Origin: an uncultured Gemmatimonadaceae bacterium
GTDB lineage: Bacteria; Gemmatimonadota; Gemmatimonadetes; Gemmatimonadales; Gemmatimonadaceae
Direction: 5' to 3'
Assembly (NCBI GenBank): GCA_963751275.1
Contig: CAVVTZ010000011.1
Span: 352,001-416,000, forward strand
DNA length: 64,000 bases
The stretch's first letter is position 1. Every line of letters starts with the position of its first letter. The notes under the pieces were generated by a model. The model searched no databases, was not told the origin of the DNA, and was given only the letters and a program-made list of their open reading frames with translations. Position numbers and translations under genes: made by a program. Of this stretch, positions 18,266 through 31,260 are shown one piece after another.

Positions 18266-19680
18266 TTCACCTGCTTCGGATCGGCGCGCCCTTTCGACTT
18301 CTTCATCACGAGCCCCACCAGCACGCCCTGCAGTTTCTTCTCGCCGCCCAGGAAGCGGCCGGCCTCGGCGGCGTTCTCGGCGAGCACTTCGTTCACCCAC
18401 TGCGCGAGCGCGCCACTGTCGCGCTCCTGGATGAGTCCCTCCCTCTCCGCGATCGCGCGCGCCTCGCCTCCGGACTCGGCCATGACCGCGAAGATCCGTT
18501 TCGCGGCGTTGTGACTCACGGTGCCGTCGCGCACGAGATCGAGCAGTGAGGCGAGCCGGGTCTCGGTGACGCGGCACTCGGTGATGGAGCGCCCCGCCGC
18601 GTTGCACCAGGCAAGCACCTCGCCCATCACCCAATTCGCGGCGGCCTTCGCGTCGCCGTGGTCCCCGGCGACGCGCTCGAAGTATTCGGCGGTGGCGATG
18701 CTCGCCGTGAGCACCTCGATGTCCGCCGCGCCGAGCGCGTACTGCTTCGCGAACCGTTCCCGCTTGGCGCGCGGCAGCTCCGGCAGCTCGCGCGCGACCT
18801 CCTCGATATACGCGCGCGTGAGGATCAGCGGCGGGAGATCGGGCTCGGGGAAATAGCGGTAGTCGTGGCTCCCCTCCTTCGAGCGTGCCGGCCGCACTTC
18901 GCCGCGCGCGCCGTCCCAGAGCATCGTCTGCTGGTGCACCGTCTCGCCGCGCGCAAGCAGCGCGCACTGCCGCACGAACTCCCCCTCGAGCGCACGCTCC
19001 ACGCCGGAAATGGAATTCATGTTCTTCACTTCGGTCTTCGTGCCGAGCTTCGTGGCCCCGCGCGGCCGCGCGCTCACGTTGGCGTCCACGCGCAGGCTCC
19101 CCTCCTCCATGCTCACGTCGCTCACGTCGATGTACTCGAGCAGCTGCTTGATCTCACGGAGGTACGCGCCGGCCGCCTGCGCCGAACGCATGTCCGGCTC
19201 GCTGACGATCTCGATGAGCGGGACGCCCGCGCGATTGAGGTCGATCGCGCTCACGCCGGGGAAGCGGTCGTGAATGGACTTGCCCGCGTCCTCCTCCATG
19301 TGCACGCGCGTGATGCCGACGGTGACCGTCGTGCCGTTCGGACCAGCGACGGCGAGCCGTCCCCGCTCCGCGAGCGGCTTGTCGTACTGCGAGATCTGGT
19401 AGCCCTTGGGCAGGTCCGGATAGAAATAATGCTTGCGCGCGAACACCGACCGCTCGTGCACGTCGCACTGCAGCGCCTGCGCCGCGCGCACCGCGAGCTG
19501 CACGGCGCGCGCGTTCAGTGACGGCAGGCTCCCCGGCAGCGCGAGACAGATGGGGCAGGTGTTCACATTGGGCAGCGCGCCGTATTCGCTGCTGCACGAG
19601 CAGAAGGCCTTGGTGGCCGTCTTGAGCTGGACGTGAACCTCGAGTCCGACCACCATCTCGAAGCCGTCGGTCGCGCTCAT
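18226..19680 (-). CDS. gatB: Asp/Glu-tRNA amidotransferase subunit B
   Basis: VGLEVHVQL, RKHYFYPDLPKGYQISQ, HMEEDAGK, DYRYFPEPDLPP. Confidence 0.98.
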   Translation of the reverse strand: MSATDGFEMVVGLEVHVQLKTATKAFCSCSSEYGALPNVNTCPICLALPGSLPSLNARAVQLAVRAAQALQCDVHERSVFARKHYFYPDLPKGYQISQYDKPLAERGRLAVAGPNGTTVTVGITRVHMEEDAGKSIHDRFPGVSAIDLNRAGVPLIEIVSEPDMRSAQAAGAYLREIKQLLEYIDVSDVSMEEGSLRVDANVSARPRGATKLGTKTEVKNMNSISGVERALEGEFVRQCALLARGETVHQQTMLWDGARGEVRPARSKEGSHDYRYFPEPDLPPLILTRAYIEEVARELPELPRAKRERFAKQYALGAADIEVLTASIATAEYFERVAGDHGDAKAAANWVMGEVLAWCNAAGRSITECRVTETRLASLLDLVRDGTVSHNAAKRIFAVMAESGGEARAIAEREGLIQERDSGALAQWVNEVLAENAAEAGRFLGGEKKLQGVLVGLVMKKSKGRADPKQVNQLLAERAARTGA

Positions 19681-21068
19681 GAGTGCGCCGCCTTCCCGAG
19701 TTCGCGCTCGAGCGCGTACGCCACGCGGAACATCGCCTGTTCGTCGAAGTGCCGCGCGATGATCTGGCCGCCCACCGGCAGCCCGTCCACGCGGCCGACC
19801 GGCACGGACATCGCAGGCACGCCGGCGAGGTTCGCCGTCGCCGTGAAGATGTCGTTCATGTACATCTCGTACGGATCCGACTTCGCGCCGAAGGGGAACG
19901 CCGGCGACGGCGTGGTCGGCGTGAAGATGGCGGTCACGCCCGCGTCGAACGCGCGGCGGAAATCGTTCGCGATGAGCGCGCGCACGTCTTGCGCGCGCCG
20001 GTAGTACGCGTCGTAGTAGCCGGCCGAGAGCACATAGGTGCCAAGCAGGATCCGGCGCGTCACCTCGGCGCCGAAGCCGCGGGAGCGCGTCGCTTCATAC
20101 ATGCCGCGCAACCCGTCGCCCTCGAGGCGCATGCCGTACCGTACGCCATCGAAGCGCGCGAGGTTGGAGCTCGCTTCCGCGGGCGCGACGATGTAATAGA
20201 CCGGAATGGCGTAGGCGGTGTGCGGGAGCGAGATCTGGCGCACCGTCGCGCCGCGCGCGCGCAGCGCGTCGAGTACGCGGTCGCACAGCGCGGTGATGCG
20301 CGGGTCGAGTGACGACGGGAAATATTCCTTGGGCCGGCCGATCACCACGCCCTGGAGATCGCCGTCGCGCGTGGCCGCGCCGCGGAGCGCGGGCGGCGCG
20401 ATCGCGGCGCTGGTGCTGTCGAGCGGATCGTGGCCGGACATGACCTCGAGCGCGAGCGCCGCGTCGTCCACCTCGGCGCCGAACACCGCGACGTGATCGA
20501 GCGAACTGGCGAACGCCACGAGGCCGAAGCGGCTGATGCGGCCGTAGGTCGGCTTCACGCCCACGATCCCGCAATACGACGCGGGCTGCCGCACCGATCC
20601 GCCGGTCTCGGAGCCGAGCGCGATGCGCACGATGCCCGCGGCGACGGCGGCGGCCGAGCCGCCGGAGGATCCACCGGGGACGCGCGTGGGGTCGAGCGGA
20701 TTCTTCACCGGACCGTAGGCACTGTGCTCGTTGGACGAGCCCATCGCGAACTCGTCGCAGTTCGTCTTGGCCACGAGCACGGCGCCGGCCGCGTTCAGCC
20801 GCACGAGCGCCGTCGCGTCGTATGGGCTCATGTAACCTTCCAGGATCCGCGAGCCGCAGGTGGTGGGCAGTCCGATGGTGGCGAAATTGTCCTTCGCACA
20901 GTACGGCACGCCGGCGAGCACACCCGGGGCGGATCGCGCATCCCGCTCGCGCGCGGCGGCCATCGCCATCTCACGATTGCTCCACAACACACAGTTGAGC
21001 CCGTCGCGGCCGGCGTGCACTTCCTCCATGCGCGCGAAGCTCGCGGCGACCCGCTCGGCGGCACTCAC
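19677..21068 (-). CDS. gatA: Asp/Glu-tRNA amidotransferase subunit A
   Basis: KTNCDEFAMGSS, PGGSSGGSAAAV, GSETGGSVRQPA, SSNLARFDG; GTG start overlapping the gatC stop. Confidence 0.97.
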   Translation of the reverse strand: MSAAERVAASFARMEEVHAGRDGLNCVLWSNREMAMAAARERDARSAPGVLAGVPYCAKDNFATIGLPTTCGSRILEGYMSPYDATALVRLNAAGAVLVAKTNCDEFAMGSSNEHSAYGPVKNPLDPTRVPGGSSGGSAAAVAAGIVRIALGSETGGSVRQPASYCGIVGVKPTYGRISRFGLVAFASSLDHVAVFGAEVDDAALALEVMSGHDPLDSTSAAIAPPALRGAATRDGDLQGVVIGRPKEYFPSSLDPRITALCDRVLDALRARGATVRQISLPHTAYAIPVYYIVAPAEASSNLARFDGVRYGMRLEGDGLRGMYEATRSRGFGAEVTRRILLGTYVLSAGYYDAYYRRAQDVRALIANDFRRAFDAGVTAIFTPTTPSPAFPFGAKSDPYEMYMNDIFTATANLAGVPAMSVPVGRVDGLPVGGQIIARHFDEQAMFRVAYALERELGKAAHS

Positions 21069-21373
21069 GACGCGTCGCCCTCGTCCTCGTGCGTCGCGAG
21101 GCGCGGCACGATGAAGAACCCGTCGCGCATACTCGGCGCGAAGGCCTCGAGTGGCGCGGCGAGCGGGATCGGCGGCCCGTGGTCCTCGCGGAGGCGAAGC
21201 GCCTCCTCGGCGGGCACGAGCGCGGCGGCGCCGCTCGTGTCGGCGTCGCGGAGCACGTCCATGTGGCCGAGGATGCCGTTGAGCTGCGCGACGAGCTCGG
21301 GCACGCGCTCCTCGGGCAGCGCGATGCGCGCGAGCGCGGCGATGTGCATCACGTCCTTGCGGTCGACCGCCAT
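21065..21373 (-). CDS. gatC: Asp/Glu-tRNA amidotransferase subunit C
   Basis: DVMHIAALARI, LRED, FFIVPR. Confidence 0.93.
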   Translation of the reverse strand: MAVDRKDVMHIAALARIALPEERVPELVAQLNGILGHMDVLRDADTSGAAALVPAEEALRLREDHGPPIPLAAPLEAFAPSMRDGFFIVPRLATHEDEGDAS

Positions 21374-23657
21374 CTATTCGAACCCCCGCTCGAGCCCGGC
21401 GTGCATGACCACGAGCTTCTTGCGCCCGATGGTCTCGTCGTCGAAGTCGACGGTCACTTTGCAGTCGCGCCCCGTGCCCTGCAGCTCGGCCACGGTGCCG
21501 CTGCCGAACTTGGCATGCTTCACGCGCTCGCCCTTCACGAGGCGCGCCGAGTCCTGTGACGCTTCCTCGGGCGCGAAATCGAAGTCGGCGGGACGGCGTT
21601 CCACCGGCGCACCGGGCCGGCGCATCGACGGGGTGACCAGGAATCGCGGCGCGCCCGGTGGCGCGAAGCCGAATGGTGCTCACCGCGTCGAGCATCGACG
21701 GCGGGATCGGCGCGAGGAGGCTCGAGGGCAGCGACGGCAGCGTCTCGCCGTTGCGGCGCCGGCTGCGCGCCCACGTGAGGTACAGCTTCTGCTCGGCGCG
21801 CGTGATGCCGACATAGAACAAGCCGCCGTTCTTCCTCCAGCATCGCGGGATCGTCGACGCCCCGGCTCAGCGGGAACAGCCCGTTCTCGAGGCCGGCGAT
21901 GAACACCACCGGGAACTCGAGTCCCTTCGCGGTGTGCAGCGTCATCATCGTCACGGCGTCGGCGTCGGGGTCGAGCAGGTCGAGCTCGCTCGACGAGCGT
22001 CGCGCGCTGCAGGAAATGGTCGAGCGGACGCAGGCCGACTTCACCGCCCTCGTCGATCACCAGCTCGGCGCGCGCCGCGCGCGAGCTCGGCGCACGTTGT
22101 CGAGGCGTTCGAGTCCCTCGGGCCCTTCGGCGCGCAGCGCGTCGGCGTAGCCCGTCTCGTCGACGAGCGCGAGGATCAGCCGGTCGACGCTCGGCCTCCG
22201 CGGCGAGGGCGCGCAATCGCTTCGACGAGCGCGGCGAAATCCGCGAGCGCGTTGCGCGTCGCGAGGCGCGCGCCGGGGTCGAGATCCTCGCGCGCGCGGC
22301 GGCGAGCACGGGCACGCCGGCGTCGGCGCGGCAAGGGCGAGCATTTCGACGCGTCGTGTCGCCGAGTCCCGCGGCGCGGCGCGGTGATCGCGCGCCGGAA
22401 CGCTTCGTCGTCCGCGGGATTCGCGATGAGCCGAAGCCACGCGATGAGATCCTTGATTTCGCGACGGTCGTAGAAGCGCACGGCGCCCACGAGACGGTAC
22501 GGAATGCAGCGACGGCGCAGCGATTCTTCGAGCACACGGCTCTGCGCGTTGGTGCGGTACAGAATCGCGTTCGCGCCGAGCGGCTCGTCGGTTCGGCTCG
22601 CGGCGCAGGTCGATTTCCGTCGGCGATGTACTCGGCCTCGTCGCGGTCGTCGAGGCGCCGCGACGAGCGCGACCGGGTCGCCGACCGGTCGCGTGGCGCG
22701 CAGCATCTTGCCGCGCCGTTCCGATGTTCTCGCTGATGACCGCGTTCGCGACCGCGAGGATCTGCGGCGTCGAGCGGTAGTTCTCCTCGAGCCGCACGAC
22801 CTTCGCCGCGCGGATAGTCGCGTCTCGAAGTCGAGGATGTTGCGCGACGTCGGCGCCGCGCCAGCCGTAGATCGACTGGTCGTCGTCGCCCACGACCGCG
22901 ACGTTGCCGTGCTCGCGCGCCGAGCAGGCGCACGAGCTCGTACTGCGCGCGGTTGGTGTCCTGGTACTCGTCGACGAGCAGATCAGCGGAAGCGCCGCGC
23001 GGTACGCGGCGAGCCGTTCGGGTTCTCCTGCAGCATGCGCACCGGCAGCACGAGCAGGTCGTCGAAATCGACGGCGTTGCGATTCGCGCAGGGCGCGGTC
23101 GAGCAATCTGCGTACACGCGTGCGACCGCCTTGGCTGAGCGGCGTCTGCGCGAGCGTCGCGTACTCCGCCGGGCGCCACGAACGCGTTCTCGCGTCGGAG
23201 ATCGCGCGGCGGATCGCGCGCCGGCGTCCATTGCTTGGCGGGGATCCGCAGGCGCGCTCCATCGCGCGCTTCACGACGGAGAGCGTGTCGTCCTCATCGT
23301 AGATCGTGAAGCTCGGCGTACGCTGCACGAGCGACGCGCTCGCGGCGCAGCATCCGCGCGCCGATCGCGTGGAAGGTGCCGACCCACATCCCGGCCGGCT
23401 CCGCGCCGAGCAGCCGCGCCACGCGCTCGCGCATCTCGCCGGCGGCCTTGTTCGTGAACGTCACCGCCAGGATGTGCCGCGGCTCGCACGACGCCGTCGC
23501 TCGATGAGTCGCGCGATGCGCGCCGTGAGCACCCGCGTCTTGCCGGAGCCGGCGCCGGCGAGCACGAGCATCGGGCCCTCGCCGTGCTCCACGGCTTCGC
23601 GCTGGGCGGGATTGAGGCGCGCGAGCATCTCCGCTTCGCGGCCGGGCAGGACGCTGG

Positions 23658-23661
<4 letters not shown>
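21374..23661 (-). CDS. pcrA: UvrD/PcrA ATP-dependent DNA helicase (many frameshifts)
   Basis: Fragments in several frames: [90 protein letters not shown]-terminal VKHAKFGSG domain. Confidence 0.92.
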
Positions 23662-26082
<2,421 letters not shown>

Positions 26083-26085
26083 CGT

Positions 26086-26712
26086 TCACTCGCTCGGAAC
26101 GCCGGTGTCGAGACCCAGGAACCCGCAGTTCGGATCGACCACCATGCGGTAATAGATGGTGCGGCCGTTCGGCGCCGTGATCGGGTCGTACGGCGAGAAG
26201 TTGATGCTGTCGATGATGAACTTGGAGTAGATGTAGCGGCGCGCCGCGACCGATTGCACCGAGCACGTCGGATTGGACGTGAGGGACTGCACGTAGAAGC
26301 GAGTGCCGGCGTGGATCGTGATCGCGGTCGAGTCGCTGTATCCGAGCGTCGGCGAGACGAGCATGCTGTCGTAGGGTTGCAACGAGATCTGCAGGCCCGC
26401 GGTCAACGCACCCGTGAATCCCACGAGACCCGGCGGCAGGGCGACGGCCGTCGTGTCGTGGATATCGAAGACGACATCGTAATGTGCGCCGGGCACGGCG
26501 CGCACGGGGCTCGGCCCGTAGAAACTGGGGCCGAGCAGGGTGAGCGTGGCCACCCCCGTCGGGCCACTCTCCGGCGCACCGGTGAGCGCGTAGACACCGG
26601 CGGTATCGAACACGTTGTCCTGCGTCGCAATGGTCTGCGTCGGGCCACTGCACGCTCCGGCCGCGGCGGCGGCGAGCGCTCCCGCGGCGAGGAGGAGGAT
26701 CCGGACCTTCAT
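26086..26712 (-). CDS. Hypothetical lipoprotein
   Basis: MKVRILLLAAGALAAAAAGA-C lipobox; two further Cys residues. Confidence 0.7.
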   Translation of the reverse strand: MKVRILLLAAGALAAAAAGACSGPTQTIATQDNVFDTAGVYALTGAPESGPTGVATLTLLGPSFYGPSPVRAVPGAHYDVVFDIHDTTAVALPPGLVGFTGALTAGLQISLQPYDSMLVSPTLGYSDSTAITIHAGTRFYVQSLTSNPTCSVQSVAARRYIYSKFIIDSINFSPYDPITAPNGRTIYYRMVVDPNCGFLGLDTGVPSE

Positions 26713-26754
26713 CAAATCACCTGGCAAGGGAGCACGTGAGCGACCAACCTGCGA

Positions 26755-26827
26755 AGAATACCCCGCCGGCTGGGAAGGTTCAAGCCGTTCTCGGCGCTTG
26801 ACTTGCCGTGAGCGAATCGAGTAGCTT
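26755..26827. promoter_or_regulatory. Back-to-back divergent sigma70-like promoters
   Basis: Minus strand TTGAAC-N17-TATTCT (26755-26783); plus strand TTGACT-N18-TAGCTT (26798-26827). Confidence 0.55.
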
Positions 26828-26855
26828 CGCACCACCCGAACCCGCCGGAGCGCGC

Positions 26856-27209
26856 ATGCCCACCATCCGTGACCTCGTCGGTGTCCTCCGCCAGCGCGAA
26901 GGGGTCGAGGCCGCCGTCGTTCTGGGCCGCGATGGCCTGCTCATCGACAGCGACGTCCAGTCCGCGATCGACGCCGAGAGTCTGGCGGCGCTCGTCCCGC
27001 AGATCGTGGCCGCCGGCGATGAATTCGGCGCGCACGACGGGCGCGGCGCGCTGCAGACCGCGATCCTCGAGTACGGCCACGGCATCGCGGTGGTGTGCGT
27101 GCTCAATGCGGACGCGATCCTCCTCGTGCTCGCGCAACCCACGGCGAACCTGGGCCAGCTGCTGTTCGAACTGCGCCGCAACCGCGCGAACATCGCGGCG
27201 CTCGTCTGA
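26856..27209 (+). CDS. Roadblock/LC7 domain protein (MglB-like)
   Basis: GVEAAVVLGRDGLLID...NLGQLLFEL. Confidence 0.88.
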   Translation: MPTIRDLVGVLRQREGVEAAVVLGRDGLLIDSDVQSAIDAESLAALVPQIVAAGDEFGAHDGRGALQTAILEYGHGIAVVCVLNADAILLVLAQPTANLGQLLFELRRNRANIAALV

Positions 27210-27213
27210 CCAG

Positions 27214-27630
27214 GTGCCCGACCCCGCCGGCCGGCTCCGCGTGCTCGTGGCCGACGATGAACCGCACATCGGCCGCATCATCAAGATGAAGCTCGAGCAG
27301 GGACCGTTCGACGTGACGCTCGCCTATGACGGACAAGAAGCGCTGACCGCCGCCGAGGATTCGCCGGGCCTCGCACTCGTATTGCTGGATGTGATGATGC
27401 CGAAGATGAGCGGGCTGGATGTTCTCGCCCAGCTCCGCCAGAACGAGCGCCTGAAGACCGTGCCTTGCATCATCCTCACCGCCGCCGGCCAGGAGCAGCA
27501 CTACCGCCAGGCGATCGCCCTCGGCGCGAACGACTTCCTCACGAAGCCCTTCAGTCCCAAGAAACTGTACGCGCGCGTGGCCGAACTCACGGGCGTCGCC
27601 CCCGAAGGGCCCGAGGACCAGCCGTCGTGA
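27214..27630 (+). CDS. Single-domain response regulator receiver
   Basis: VLVADDE, LLDVMMPKMSG, ILTA, FLTKPFSP. Confidence 0.92.
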   Translation: MPDPAGRLRVLVADDEPHIGRIIKMKLEQGPFDVTLAYDGQEALTAAEDSPGLALVLLDVMMPKMSGLDVLAQLRQNERLKTVPCIILTAAGQEQHYRQAIALGANDFLTKPFSPKKLYARVAELTGVAPEGPEDQPS

Positions 27631-28664
27631 GCCGCTGGGCCGTGATCCTGGCGGGCGGCGTGGGCTCCCGCTTCTGGCCGCTGAGCACGCCGGCGCGCCC
27701 CAAGCAGCTGCTGCCGCTCGTGACCGACTCGCCGCTGCTGGCCGACACCGTGGCGCGGCTCGCCCCACTCGTGCCGGCGGAGCGCACGCTGATCATCACG
27801 AACGCGTCGCTCGCGCCGGCGGTGGCGAAGCTCCTGCCCTCGCTGCCCGCGGAGAACATCATCGCGGAGCCGCGCTCGGCGGGCACGGCGCCGGCGCTCA
27901 CGTGGGCCGCGCTCGAGATCGCCCGGCGCGACGGATCGGGAGCGACGATGATCTGCGTGCACGCCGACTGGGCGATCGGCGATGCCGACGGATTCCGGAA
28001 GGCGCTCGATGCCGCGGCGACCGTCGCGGAATCGTCGGGCAGTCTGGTGACGGTGGGCGTCGTGCCGTCGCGTCCCGATCCGGGCTTCGGCTACATCCGC
28101 GCGGCCGAGGAAGCGCGCGGCGGCGCGCGGCGTGTCGCCAAGTTCATCGAGAAGCCCGATCGAGCCACGGCCGAGACGCTGGTGCGTGAGGGATGTCTCT
28201 GGAATTCCGGGATCTTCGTGTGGGGCGCGGGCGACTTCCTCACGGAAGTGCGCCTGCACTGCCCCGAAGTCACGAAGGCGCTGCCGCACTCGGAGCCGGA
28301 TGAGATCGCGGCGTTCTTCGCCGCGTGCACACCGATCTCCGTGGATCACGGCGTGCTCGAGCGGAGCCGGCGCGTGCTGGTGCTCCCCGGCGATTTCGGG
28401 TGGGATGACGTGGGCACGTGGGCCGCGCTCCACCGCGTGCGCGCGAAGGATGCCGCGGGGAACGCCGTCGCGGGCGACGTGCATCTGCTGGACGCGCGGG
28501 AGAATGTCGTGCACGCCGAGGGGCAGACCGTCGTGGCATACGGCGTGGAGGGGCTCGTGATCGTGGCGCGCAACGGCGTGACGCTCGTGACGACACGCGA
28601 GCGCGCGGCCGATCTCAAGACGTTGCTCGACGCGCTGCCGCCGGCGGTCCGCGACCGCGCATGA
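27627..28664 (+). CDS. manC: Mannose-1-phosphate guanylyltransferase
   Basis: ILAGGVGSRFWPLS..PKQ, GFGYI, FIEKPD, WNSGIF, WDDVGTW. Confidence 0.9.
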   Translation: MSRWAVILAGGVGSRFWPLSTPARPKQLLPLVTDSPLLADTVARLAPLVPAERTLIITNASLAPAVAKLLPSLPAENIIAEPRSAGTAPALTWAALEIARRDGSGATMICVHADWAIGDADGFRKALDAAATVAESSGSLVTVGVVPSRPDPGFGYIRAAEEARGGARRVAKFIEKPDRATAETLVREGCLWNSGIFVWGAGDFLTEVRLHCPEVTKALPHSEPDEIAAFFAACTPISVDHGVLERSRRVLVLPGDFGWDDVGTWAALHRVRAKDAAGNAVAGDVHLLDARENVVHAEGQTVVAYGVEGLVIVARNGVTLVTTRERAADLKTLLDALPPAVRDRA

Positions 28665-29879
28665 CGGCGCTCTACCTGTACGACGACGCGCGCGCGCGCG
28701 CGTTCGAACCATTCGCGCTCACGCGGCCGGCGAGCGAGCTGCGTGCGGGCACCGCGATCATCCGGGAGCAATGGGAGATGGCGCTCGGCACGATCGATGC
28801 GCGCGCCGCCGGCGCGATCACGGCCGCGCATCTTGCCGACTTCTCCGAGGCGGGCGCGCCGCCGGCCGCGCGTGGCGTGGTGCCGGCCGGCGCGATCATC
28901 GCGAACAGCCGCTTCGCCGCATCGCTCACGCCGGCGCCCTTCGCGAAGGACGCGGCGGCGTGGACGAGCGGCGGGCGGACTTCCGCGGTGCGCATCGCGA
29001 AGGACGTGCCGCTCGCGGCGTTCACGAACGGGAGCGCGACGCTCGAATCACTCGCCGTCGCCGGCGCTCCCACGAGCGAGATCGGCGGCCGCTGGCTGGA
29101 TGAGGTGTGGCATCTCGATCACCACGCTGTTGCCGACGCTGCGCGAGGACATCAATGCGATCGGCCCGACGTTCACGGGTACAGCGGTCGATCAGGCGAC
29201 CGTGATCGGCCCGCATCCCGTGTACGTGGAGGAGGGCGCGACGATCGAACCGCTCGTGGTGTTCGACGTCAGTGCCGGCCCGGTGATGGTGCGCGCGGGA
29301 TCTGTTGTGCGCGCGTTCACCCGCCTCGCGGGACCGTGCGCCGTGGGCGCCGACAGTCAGATCCTGGGCGACCGTGTATCTGGCTGTTCGATCGGCGACC
29401 AATGCGTCGTGCGCGGCGAGATCAGCGAGAGCATCGTGATCGGGCACGCGAACAAAGGGCACGAAGGTTTCGTCGGCCACTCGGTGCTCGGCCGGTGGGT
29501 GAACCTGGGCGCCGGCACGATCACGAGCAACCTGAAGAACAGCTACGGCACCGTGTCGCTCTGGACGCCGGAGGGCGTGCGCGACACCGGGACCGTGAAG
29601 CTCGGCACGTTCTTTGGCGACCACGTGAAGACCGGGATCGGCGCGCGGCTCACCACCGGCTCGGTGATCGGCGCGGGGTCGAACATCTACGGCAGCGTGA
29701 TGCCGCCGCGCCATGTGCCGCCCTTCTCGTGGGGAGACGGCGACGCGCTGGCAGAGTACCGCCTCGAGGAATTCTTGAAGACCACCGAGCGCGCGATGAG
29801 CCGGCGATCGGTCACGCTGAGCGACAGCATGCGCCGGCAGCTCACCGCGGCGCATGCGTTAACGCGGCGCCGCGGCTAG
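28661..29879 (+). CDS. GlmU-related putative sugar nucleotidyl/acyltransferase (frameshift near 29115)
   Basis: N-terminal FEPFALTRPASELRAG; C-terminal hexapeptide repeats, NKGHEGFVGHSVLGRWVNLGAGTITSNLKN, GDHVKTGIG. Confidence 0.82.
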
Positions 29880-31258
29880 CTCCAGTCCCGACGGCGCAGC
29901 GGAGGCGCGCAGCCACGCCGCCGCCCGCTCCCCGCAGCGTACGGCGTTCACGGCCGCGTCGGCGAATCCGATCGCGCGCAACCCGTAGCCCGTGATGAAC
30001 AATCCGGGCATCGCATCCACGGCGCGCTCGATGCGCTCCACGCGCTGCACGTGGCCGAGTTCGTACTGCGGGATGGCGCGCGGCCAACGCTGGATCGCCT
30101 GCATCACCGGCGCGGCGGTGATCCCGTACACGCGTGCGATCTCCGCGCGCGCGAGCGCCACCAGTTCGGCCTCGCGTCATCGCGCCGGCGTCCGGATCCA
30201 CGCCGCCGCCGAACATCGCGCGGATGAGCACGCTGCCCTGCGGACTCCGCCCGGGATAGAAGCGGCTCTCCCACAAGTTGCCGAGGGCGCGCAGTCCTTC
30301 GCCGCGCGCGATGAGCGCGCCGAAGCCGTTCGGCACGCGCGCCGCCTCCGCAGCTCCGAAGCCAAGGCCGACCACCGACACCGGCGGGCACTTGATCGCG
30401 TCCAGCTCCGCCGCGAGCGCCGCGTCGAGCGGCCGGAGGAGCGGCGCGGCGGCGAACGGCTCGGCCGCGATGAGGACGGCGTCCGCCGGGATCATCTCGC
30501 GGTCACCTTCCACCACGACCGACCACCCCTGGTCCATGCGAACGATGGCACTCACCTTCGCGCCGAGCCGTACGCTGAACCCTCCGCGCGCCGCCACCGC
30601 CTCGGGAAAGCTCTGCATCCCGCGCCGGAAACTCGTGAGCGCGCCCGAGGTCGTCCTGCCCCGCTTCGCGATCATCCCGCGGATGATCGAACCGTGGTCG
30701 CGCTCGAGCGCGGTCATGCGCGGGAAGGCCGCTTCCACCGAGAGCGCACGCGCGTCGCCCGCGTAGATGCCGAGCGTCATGGGACGGATCATGCGGTCGG
30801 CCACCTGCGGCCCGAGCCGGCGCGCGGTGAAATCCCAGATCGATTCGTCGCCGCCGCCCGTGCGCCGCTTGATGAACGGTTCGCCCAACATCCGCAGCAC
30901 GCCGCCCACGCCGAGAATGCCGTTCCGGACGAGCGCGATGGGATTCGGCGCGACCTCCCGCATCGTGCCGTCGATCAGGATGAATCGGTGCGCCGCCGCG
31001 GCGTCGGCCGTGACGCGCTCCCCGTCCATGCCGCAGCTCGTGATGAGCCGGTCGACATCCGGGCGCCCCCCGAGGAATCCGCCGGGTCCCGCTTCCACCA
31101 GCCAGCCATCGCGCGCGATCGTGCGCGCCTTGCCGCCCACCTGCGGACTCGCGCTCGAGTACGAGGATCTCCGCCGCGGCCGCGCCCACCGACTGCCGCA
31201 CCGCCCACGCCGCCGCGAGCCCGCTGATCCCGCCGCCGATCACCACGATGCGCTTCAT
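29859..31258 (-). CDS. hemY: FAD-dependent (copro/proto)porphyrinogen oxidase, HemY type (frameshifts ~30170, ~31140)
   Basis: MKRIVVIGGGISGLAAA, GGKART..EAGP, GIYAGD, RWPRAIPQYELGH. Confidence 0.9.
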
Positions 31259-31260
31259 GG

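Noticed and set aside
19677..21821. Apparent fusion ORFs (PcrA-GatA, HemB-HemL, BatD-MutL, BirA-CoaX, BatA-BatB, RR-HemE, MutL-MiaA)
   Set aside because: Artefacts of upstream in-frame extension or frameshifts; each gene has its own start, usually overlapping the previous stop
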